This document shows, piece by piece, positions 47,867 to 54,112 of a stretch of DNA of 54,112 nt. The notes beneath the pieces were generated by a model. It did not search any database and was not told the DNA's origin. It was given only the letters and a program-made list of their open reading frames with translations. This stretch comes from Ottowia sp. (GTDB lineage Bacteria > Pseudomonadota > Gammaproteobacteria > Burkholderiales > Burkholderiaceae_C), in the NCBI GenBank assembly GCA_017437605.1, contig JAFRYL010000145.1, positions 1 to 54,112 of the forward strand. The letters are read 5' to 3'. The first letter of the stretch is position 1. Each line of letters begins with the position of its first letter. Position numbers and translations under genes: made by a program.

Positions 47867-48256
47867 ATGACGCCGCCTCCCACCGCCCGCCGTCCCGCCG
47901 CCGCCCCTGCTGCCGCGCCGCGCACCAGCGTGGTGCAGCTTCAAATCAAGGAAAAAGGCGCGCTTTACGCCGCCTACATCTCGGCGTTCGCCAACGGCGG
48001 CATCTTCGTGCCCTCCGACAAGGAACACCGCCTGGGCGACCCCATGTATGTGCTCATCTCGCTGCCGGGCGAAGCACAGCGTTATCCCATCGCGGGCAAG
48101 GTGGCGTGGATTACGCCGGCGCGCTCGTCCATCAGCCGCACGCAGGGCGTGGGCATCGCGTTTCCGAAGGACGAGCGCTCCGAGCAGCTCAAGGCGAAGA
48201 TTGAAGAGATCCTCGGCACGCACCTTGGCTCGTCGCGTCCCACGCAGACCATCTGA
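47867..48256 (+). CDS. pilZ: PilZ domain type IV pilus protein
   Basis: ALYAAY..GGIFVP, GKVAWITP, QGVGI; holB-pilZ-tatD synteny. Confidence 0.88.
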   Translation: MTPPPTARRPAAAPAAAPRTSVVQLQIKEKGALYAAYISAFANGGIFVPSDKEHRLGDPMYVLISLPGEAQRYPIAGKVAWITPARSSISRTQGVGIAFPKDERSEQLKAKIEEILGTHLGSSRPTQTI

Positions 48257-48342
48257 GCGCTGCCGTTTTTTTGAACAACAACACTGGCTTCGTGCCCTGA
48301 AACCATCGGGGCGCGAAGCTATCTTTTTTTGTAAACACTCCA

Positions 48343-49143
48343 ATGTTCACCGACTCGCACTGCCACCTCGTCATGCCTGAACTGGCGGAGCAACTGCCGC
48401 AGGTGCTGGAAGCCATGCAGCAGGCGCGCGTGACACGCGCACTCACCGTCTGCACCACGATGGAGGAGTTCCCCGCCGTGTGCGCGCAGATTGAAGCGCA
48501 CCCGCAACTTTGGGGCAGTGTGGGCGTGCACCCGGAAAACGAACCCGGCGCCTGCGCCGAGGCCGATGAAGCCGCCCTCGTGCGCGCGGCACAGCACCCG
48601 CGCGTCGTTGCCATCGGCGAAACCGGGCTGGACTACTACCAGATGGACGAGCGCAAGGGCGGGCGCAGCATCGCTGACCTGGAATGGCAGCGCGAGCGTT
48701 TCCGCTGCCACATCCGCGCCGCGCACGCCGCGTGTCTGCCGCTCATCATTCACATGCGCTCGGCGGCGGATGACACCCTCGCCATCCTGCGCGAGGAGGG
48801 CGCAGAGCGCGCCGGCGGCGTGTTCCACTGCTTTACGGAAACGAAGGACGTTGCCCGCGCCGCGCTGGACATGGGCTTTTACATCTCCATCTCCGGCATC
48901 GTCACCTTCAAGAATGCGCGCGAAGTGCACGAAGCCGCCGCCTACGTGCCCGAAGACCGCCTGCTCATAGAAACCGACGCGCCCTACCTCGCCCCCGTGC
49001 CGCACCGTGGGCGCCTGAACCAGCCCGCCTATGTCGCGCACACTGCCGCGTGCATCGCCGAGCTGCGCGGCGTGGATGTGGAACGCATCGCCCGCACGAC
49101 GTGGGACAATTTCAACTCCCTCTTCACCAAGGTGAACGCATGA
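48343..49143 (+). CDS. TatD family DNase
   Basis: DSHCH, GVHP, IGETGLDY, HCFT, ETDAPYL. Confidence 0.93.
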   Translation: MFTDSHCHLVMPELAEQLPQVLEAMQQARVTRALTVCTTMEEFPAVCAQIEAHPQLWGSVGVHPENEPGACAEADEAALVRAAQHPRVVAIGETGLDYYQMDERKGGRSIADLEWQRERFRCHIRAAHAACLPLIIHMRSAADDTLAILREEGAERAGGVFHCFTETKDVARAALDMGFYISISGIVTFKNAREVHEAAAYVPEDRLLIETDAPYLAPVPHRGRLNQPAYVAHTAACIAELRGVDVERIARTTWDNFNSLFTKVNA

Positions 49144-49775
49144 AACACTCCATCCCTACATACCTCCTTGCCGCCACCCTCGCGTTTTCCAGCGCAGCCT
49201 GGGCGGGCGTCGTTGACGACCTTTTCAGCGCCGTGCGCCGCGACAGCGACATGGCCGTCACCGCCGCGCTCAAGAACGTCGTCAGCCCCAACGTCCAGGA
49301 CGCCAAAGGCAACACCGGCCTGCACGTCGCCCTGCTTGAAGAAATGCCCAACGCTGCCCGCGTGCTGCTGGAGCAGCCGCAGATTGACGTGAATGCGGTC
49401 AACAAGGCCGGCGAGACACCCCTGATGATGGCCGCCCTCAGAAACAATGTGGACGTCGCCCGCACCCTGATAGAGCGCGGCGCCGCCATCAACAAGAGCG
49501 GCTGGACCCCGCTGCACTACGCCGTCACCGGTGGCAACACGGACATCATGAACATGCTGCTGGACAAAGGCGCGCAGATTGACGCCCGCTCGCCAAACGG
49601 CACCACGCCGCTAATGATGGCCGCGCGCTACGGCAGCACCAAGGCCGTGGAACTGCTGCTGCAAAAAGGCGCCGACCCCAAACTCACCAACGAACAAAAC
49701 CTCACCGCGCTGGACTTCGCCCGCCTCGGCCAGCGCCCCGACGCCATCAAGATTCTGGAAAAGCTGGCGCAATAA
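49140..49775 (+). CDS. Exported ankyrin-repeat protein (operonic, distinct from ANK1-7)
   Basis: ATGA overlap with tatD; signal peptide; GETPLMMAA, GWTPLHYA, GTTPLMMAA. Confidence 0.88.
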   Translation: MKHSIPTYLLAATLAFSSAAWAGVVDDLFSAVRRDSDMAVTAALKNVVSPNVQDAKGNTGLHVALLEEMPNAARVLLEQPQIDVNAVNKAGETPLMMAALRNNVDVARTLIERGAAINKSGWTPLHYAVTGGNTDIMNMLLDKGAQIDARSPNGTTPLMMAARYGSTKAVELLLQKGADPKLTNEQNLTALDFARLGQRPDAIKILEKLAQ

Positions 49776-49788
49776 GGGCAGCACACAC

Positions 49789-49814
49789 AAACCCGGCACG
49801 ACGCCGGGTTTTTT
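49789..49814 (+). terminator. Intrinsic terminator
   Basis: AAACCCGGC-ACGAC-GCCGGGTTTTTT. Confidence 0.8.
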
Positions 49815-49829
49815 GTGCTTTCTTTCGCC

Positions 49830-49888
49830 ATACTCATTGAAATAATTCTGCGTCGCCGGCTTGTTTTGCCGGCGACTGAATGATACCC
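49830..49888. repeat. GCCGGC-core element E25 (long/short)
   Basis: ATACTC-N19-GCCGGC-TTGTTTT-GCCGGC-N9-ATACCC. Confidence 0.9.
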
Positions 49889-49987
49889 ATGCGCTGATGC
49901 TTCCATCAGCGTTGCGCCTTGGTGTTTGCGCACTGCTGCACACGTTCTACAATGCGCAGCAATCATTGAACATTGATGGAGAACTGT

Positions 49988-50305
49988 ATGCCTGCTGCAG
50001 CCACTGCCGATGCCTTTGTGGGGGTTCGCATTCCCCGCACCATGAAAGAGCACGTTGCCGCCGTTGCCGACCGTGCGGGGCTGAACATTTCCGACCTGCT
50101 GCGCATGTTCCTCAAACGCGTTGACGACGATGGGCGCCTGCCGTTTGACCCCTTTGAGGAGCGTATCCCCAACGCCAAGACGCTGGCGGCCATGCGCGAG
50201 GCCGAGGAGATAAAGCACGCCCGTTTCAGTGACCCCGAGGAGATGTTCCGTGAACTCGACAAAGCGGCGCTCGCCTACAAGCAAGCGCACGAAGCTGCCG
50301 CGTAA
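49988..50305 (+). CDS. RelB/DinJ family antitoxin
   Basis: VRI...GLNISDLLRMFL..LPF..IPNAKTLAAMRE. Confidence 0.85.
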   Translation: MPAAATADAFVGVRIPRTMKEHVAAVADRAGLNISDLLRMFLKRVDDDGRLPFDPFEERIPNAKTLAAMREAEEIKHARFSDPEEMFRELDKAALAYKQAHEAAA

Positions 50306-50576
50306 GCACGACTGCACCAGGAGCTTTACGGACGACTGGGAACGCCTGAACCTTTCCGGGCGCTACGACATGGCTGCGCTCAAGGAAGCCATGCTCCTGC
50401 TCATCGCTGGCGACGCGCCCTTGCCCGCAGAGTACCGTGACCACAAGTTGTCAGGAAAGATGAATAAATACCGCGAGTGTCATATTGGCGGCGATTTCCT
50501 GCTGATGTATGAGCTGCTCGGCGATACGGACATCATCTTTGTGCGCGCCGGCTCGCACGCGGATTTGTTTGGCTAG
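50250..50576 (+). CDS. YafQ family mRNA interferase toxin
   Basis: GAGGAG RBS before GTG; YRDHKLSG..RECHIGGDFLLMY..RAGSHADLF. Confidence 0.88.
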   Translation: MNSTKRRSPTSKRTKLPRKHDCTRSFTDDWERLNLSGRYDMAALKEAMLLLIAGDAPLPAEYRDHKLSGKMNKYRECHIGGDFLLMYELLGDTDIIFVRAGSHADLFG

Positions 50577-50583
50577 AGCCTTG

Positions 50584-50642
50584 ATACCCAATTGATTTTG
50601 CCACTATCGCCGGCTTATGTTGCCGGCGATGGAGTGATACCC
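50584..50642. repeat. GCCGGC-core element E26 (long/short)
   Basis: ATACCC-N19-GCCGGC-TTATGTT-GCCGGC-N9-ATACCC. Confidence 0.9.
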
Positions 50643-50651
50643 TCTGACTTC

Positions 50652-51815
50652 TTACGGAAGAAAGAGCTGCTGCACGTCGCTGAGGAAGTCAAAGCCGCGT
50701 GCGGTGGGCGTCCAGTGGCCGTGCGCTTCGTGCAGCCAGCCCTTGCGCGCGGCTTCCTGTAGCGTGGGCTGCACGGCGGAGGGGGGCAGGCCGGTGCGGG
50801 CGCAGAAGTCCTGCATGTCAAAGCCGTTTTTGAGGCGCAGCGCGCCGAGCATGTATTCAAACGGCAGCTCGCGCGGCGTGACTTGCCGCTCGTTTTCCAC
50901 GGCTTTGCCTGAAAAGGCAGCCTGCATGTATTGTTCTGGCTGGCGTGCGCGCTCGTGCCGGATAATGCGCTGCGTGAAACTGATTTTGGCGTGCGCCCCG
51001 GCGCCGATGCCGAGATAATCGCCAAACTGCCAGTAATTGAGGTTGTGCGTGCATTGACAAGCTGCCCGCGCCCAGGCGGAAACTTCATAACGCTGCAGTC
51101 CAGCGGCGGCGCAGGCGGCGTCGCTGGTGTCCATCATGGCGCTGGCTTCATCGTCGTCCGGCAGTGGCGGCGGTTTTTTGGCAAAGGGCGTGCCTTCTTC
51201 CAGCGTGAGTTGATACGTGGACAAATGCGGTGGCGCAAAGGACAGGGCGATATGCAAATCTTCCTGCCATTCCTGCACGCTTTGCCCGGGCAGGGCATAC
51301 ATCAAATCCAGATTGAATTGTTCAAAATGGCGCGCGGCTTCCTCTGCGGCGGCGCGCGCCTGCGCGCCGTCGTGCACACGGCCTATGGCGGCAAGCAGGT
51401 GGTCGTTGAAGCTCTGCACGCCGATGGAAAGGCGCGTGACGCCAGCGGCGCGGTAGGCGGCAAAACGCTCGCGCTCAAAGGTGCCCGGATTGGCTTCCAG
51501 CGTGATTTCGCAGCCCGGCGCAAAGGGCAGCAGGGCGCGCGCGCGGCGCAAAAAATCTGCGACTAATTCGGGTGCAAACAAGCTGGGTGTGCCGCCACCC
51601 AGAAACACGCTGATGATGCGCCGCCCCTGCACCAGCGGCAGGCAGGCTTCAATATCCGCCAGCAGCGCCTGCACATAGCGCGCGTGCAGGGCGGCGTTGT
51701 TTTCGCTCTGGCGCAGTGGATGTGAATTGAAATCGCAGTACGGGCATTTTTTCAGGCACCAGGGAAAATGCACGTAGAGCGCCAGCGGCGGCAGTTCAGG
51801 CAACTGCTGCATCAT
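50652..51815 (-). CDS. hemW: Radical SAM heme chaperone HemW
   Basis: LYVHFPWCLKKCPYCDFNSH, GGGTPS, HNLNYW..DYLGIGAGAH. Confidence 0.93.
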   Translation of the reverse strand: MMQQLPELPPLALYVHFPWCLKKCPYCDFNSHPLRQSENNAALHARYVQALLADIEACLPLVQGRRIISVFLGGGTPSLFAPELVADFLRRARALLPFAPGCEITLEANPGTFERERFAAYRAAGVTRLSIGVQSFNDHLLAAIGRVHDGAQARAAAEEAARHFEQFNLDLMYALPGQSVQEWQEDLHIALSFAPPHLSTYQLTLEEGTPFAKKPPPLPDDDEASAMMDTSDAACAAAGLQRYEVSAWARAACQCTHNLNYWQFGDYLGIGAGAHAKISFTQRIIRHERARQPEQYMQAAFSGKAVENERQVTPRELPFEYMLGALRLKNGFDMQDFCARTGLPPSAVQPTLQEAARKGWLHEAHGHWTPTARGFDFLSDVQQLFLP

Positions 51816-52411
51816 GCAAACCAGCGTTCGCGCATGAGCGCAAGCATGGCCTGCACCGCGCGCCCTCGATGGCTGTGCGCGTTTTTTACCTCCGGCGGCA
51901 CTTGCGCGAAGGTGCAGCCAAATTCGGGCAGGAAAAACACAGGGTCAAAACCAAAGCCGCCGTCGCCTGCTTTTTCGTGCGTGATGAGGCCGCTGACGCG
52001 CCCGGTGGCGACGAGCGGTTCGGGGTCGTCTGCGTGGCGCAGGGCGACCAGCGTGCTCACCATCGCCGCGCGGCGGTTCTCAACGCTGCGCATGTTCTGC
52101 AGCAGGGCGAGCACGGAACCATCTTCGCCCGGGAAGCCGTGTTGCGCGCCGTAGTGCGCCGTGTCCACGCCGGGCAGCCCGCCGAAGGCGTCCACGCACA
52201 AGCCCGCATCGTCAGCAAGCGCCGGCAGGCCGCTGGAGCGCGCCGCGTGCCGCGCCTTGGCGAGCGCGTTTTCAAGGAAGGTGTGAAACGGCTCCTCGGC
52301 TTCCGCGATGCCAAGCGCGCCCTGGCTGACAAGCTCCACGCCAAGCGGCGCGAGCAGCGGGCGCAGTTCCGCGAGTTTTCCGGCGTTGTGGCTGGCGAGG
52401 ACAAGCTGCAT
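51812..52411 (-). CDS. rdgB: Non-canonical purine NTP pyrophosphatase
   Basis: LASHNAGKLAE, ENALAKA, GFGFDPVF, KNAHSHRGRA. Confidence 0.95.
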   Translation of the reverse strand: MQLVLASHNAGKLAELRPLLAPLGVELVSQGALGIAEAEEPFHTFLENALAKARHAARSSGLPALADDAGLCVDAFGGLPGVDTAHYGAQHGFPGEDGSVLALLQNMRSVENRRAAMVSTLVALRHADDPEPLVATGRVSGLITHEKAGDGGFGFDPVFFLPEFGCTFAQVPPEVKNAHSHRGRAVQAMLALMRERWFA

Positions 52412-52426
52412 GGTGTTTTTTTGGTG

Positions 52427-52486
52427 ATACTGTCAGACTATTGCGATTGCTTGCCGGCATAAGTTGCCGGTGGAAAATATATACCC
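52427..52486. repeat. GCCGGC-core element E27 (long/short)
   Basis: ATACTG-N20-GCCGGC-ATAAGTT-GCCGGT-N9-ATACCC. Confidence 0.85.
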
Positions 52487-52495
52487 GTTGAATTC

Positions 52496-53320
52496 CTATG
52501 CCGGCAAGGTCACGCCCGTGTGCGCGGCGAGGGCGTCGAGCAGGCGGTTCTGGAACGCCACGTCGTTCACGGCTTTGTGCGGCGTCTGGCGCTGCTGATG
52601 GTGCCAGTAACCGCCGCTTTGCATGGCTGCGGCGTCGTTGCTGGTGGCAAGCCATTCCTGCGTCAGGTGGCCGAGGCGCAAGTCGTCCGGTGCGCCAGCG
52701 CCGCCCATCTTGGTGGGCACCCAACCCGGGTCCACGGCGCTGCTGACGGTGTCGGGCCAAAGCCGCGCGACGGCGGCCATGAGCGCGGTAACGAACAGCT
52801 TGCTGTCGGAATAGCTGCCGCGCCCGGGGGCAAAGTCAAGGTTGGCGGGGTTGCCGCCCCGGTGCATGCCGCTGCTGATGTAAATCAGGCGCTTGGGGCG
52901 GCGAATCAGGGCGGTGAGCAGGTAGGGCGCGACGGTGTTGACGGCGAGCACGCTGTCGCCCCGATAAATGCCAGCGTTGTGGATGATGGCGTCCATGGTG
53001 CCGATGGCGTTGACCTGCTGCGCAAGCGCACGCACCTGCGCGGCGTCGGCCAGGTCGCCCGTGGTGGGAATGGCGCCCATCTGCAGCAGCTCCTGCACGG
53101 CCTCCAGCCGCTTTTCGGAGCGCGCGTGCACCACGACGCGGTGCCCCTGCCCAAGCAGCATTTTGGCAGCGGCGCGGCCAATGCCGTCGCTTGAGCCGGT
53201 GATGAAGATGCTGGCTTTTTCAGGGACAGTGGCGGGGTGCATGGCGGCTTTTTCCTGGGCAAAAGTGGTGGAGGGAAGGGCGAGCGCCGAGAGGGCGGCG
53301 AGAAGCTGGCGGCGGTGCAT
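52496..53320 (-). CDS. Short-chain dehydrogenase with putative Tat signal
   Basis: MHRRQLL leader; TGSSDGIG, HNAG, YSDSK, VDPGWVPTKMGG. Confidence 0.85.
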   Translation of the reverse strand: MHRRQLLAALSALALPSTTFAQEKAAMHPATVPEKASIFITGSSDGIGRAAAKMLLGQGHRVVVHARSEKRLEAVQELLQMGAIPTTGDLADAAQVRALAQQVNAIGTMDAIIHNAGIYRGDSVLAVNTVAPYLLTALIRRPKRLIYISSGMHRGGNPANLDFAPGRGSYSDSKLFVTALMAAVARLWPDTVSSAVDPGWVPTKMGGAGAPDDLRLGHLTQEWLATSNDAAAMQSGGYWHHQQRQTPHKAVNDVAFQNRLLDALAAHTGVTLPA

Positions 53321-53397
53321 GGCGTATTCCTTGGCAAAGCAACGGGCGGGGCAATCGCGTATGCTCCGCCGCTTGTCTTGAAACGGGGGTTTTGATT

Positions 53398-54112
53398 ATG
53401 AACACTTCACGGCGGATTTTTCTTGGTGCGGCGCTGCTGGCGGCGAGCAACATGGCGGCGCTGGCGCAGGAAGCGGCGGCGGGCGACGCGCCGCTGGTCA
53501 TCTCCATGTCGGGCGACATCATGCTGGGCACCACCTTCCCCTCGGTGATGCTGCCACCCAACGAGGGGCGCGACGTGCTGCGCGACGCCGGCCCGCACAT
53601 CCGCGCGGCGGATTTGGCGGTGGGCAATCTGGAAGGCGCCGTGATTGACGGCGGCACCAGCGCCAAGGGCAGCGGAAAAAACACTTACTCATTCCGCATG
53701 CCCACGAGCTACGGGCCGCGCCTGAAAGAAGCGGGCTACGATTTTTTGAGCATGGCCAACAACCATGCGCGCGATTTTGGCGAGGAGGGCATCGTTTCCA
53801 CAGAGCGTGTGCTTGACAAAGAAGGCATCAAATATGCTGGCGTGCAGGGGCGCACAGAATCCGTGGTGCTGGAAAAGGGCGGCGTGCGCTATGGCATTGC
53901 GGCATTTGGGCACAATTCCTACACGGTGAAGCACACCGACATGGAAAAAGCGCGCGCCATTGTGCGCGATTTGCGCGCAAAATCCGACATCGTGATTATC
54001 TCCATGCACGGCGGCGCCGAAGGGCGCGACAAGCGCCACCTGCCGCACGGCGCGGAAACCTTCCTCGGTGAAAACCGGGGTGATTTGCGCGCCTTCGCGC
54101 ACATGTGCATTG
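53398..54112 (+). CDS. CapA/PGA_cap metallophosphatase family protein (3' end outside window)
   Basis: Own translation: MNTSRRIFLG leader, GDIMLG, GNLEG, ANNHARDFG, SMHGG. Confidence 0.8.
   Translation, partial: MNTSRRIFLGAALLAASNMAALAQEAAAGDAPLVISMSGDIMLGTTFPSVMLPPNEGRDVLRDAGPHIRAADLAVGNLEGAVIDGGTSAKGSGKNTYSFRMPTSYGPRLKEAGYDFLSMANNHARDFGEEGIVSTERVLDKEGIKYAGVQGRTESVVLEKGGVRYGIAAFGHNSYTVKHTDMEKARAIVRDLRAKSDIVIISMHGGAEGRDKRHLPHGAETFLGENRGDLRAFAHMCI

Overview
GC-rich betaproteobacterial chromosome segment. The gene order (truA-trpFBA-accD, tilS/lysC-tRNA-Ser, mltG-tmk-holB-pilZ-tatD, rdgB-hemW) suggests Burkholderiales/Comamonadaceae, which is an inference. Housekeeping blocks are interleaved with accessory genes: 7 paralogous exported ankyrin-repeat proteins, two YhcG/DUF1016 nucleases, a DinJ/YafQ-type TA pair, anaerobe-like oxidoreductase clusters and an orphan Cys-type GrdA. 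The main unexplained signal is an intergenic element found 27 times. Its core is GCCGGC-N7(AT-rich)-GCCGGC. GTAT/ATAC boxes flank it at near-invariant distances: a long arm (core-N19-NNGTAT) or a short arm (core-N9-ATACNN). This gives 59-bp short/long and 69-bp long/long forms, while the intervening sequence varies. The element brackets each accessory ankyrin gene and the TA module like cassette boundaries. No cognate recombinase or transposase is encoded in the window.
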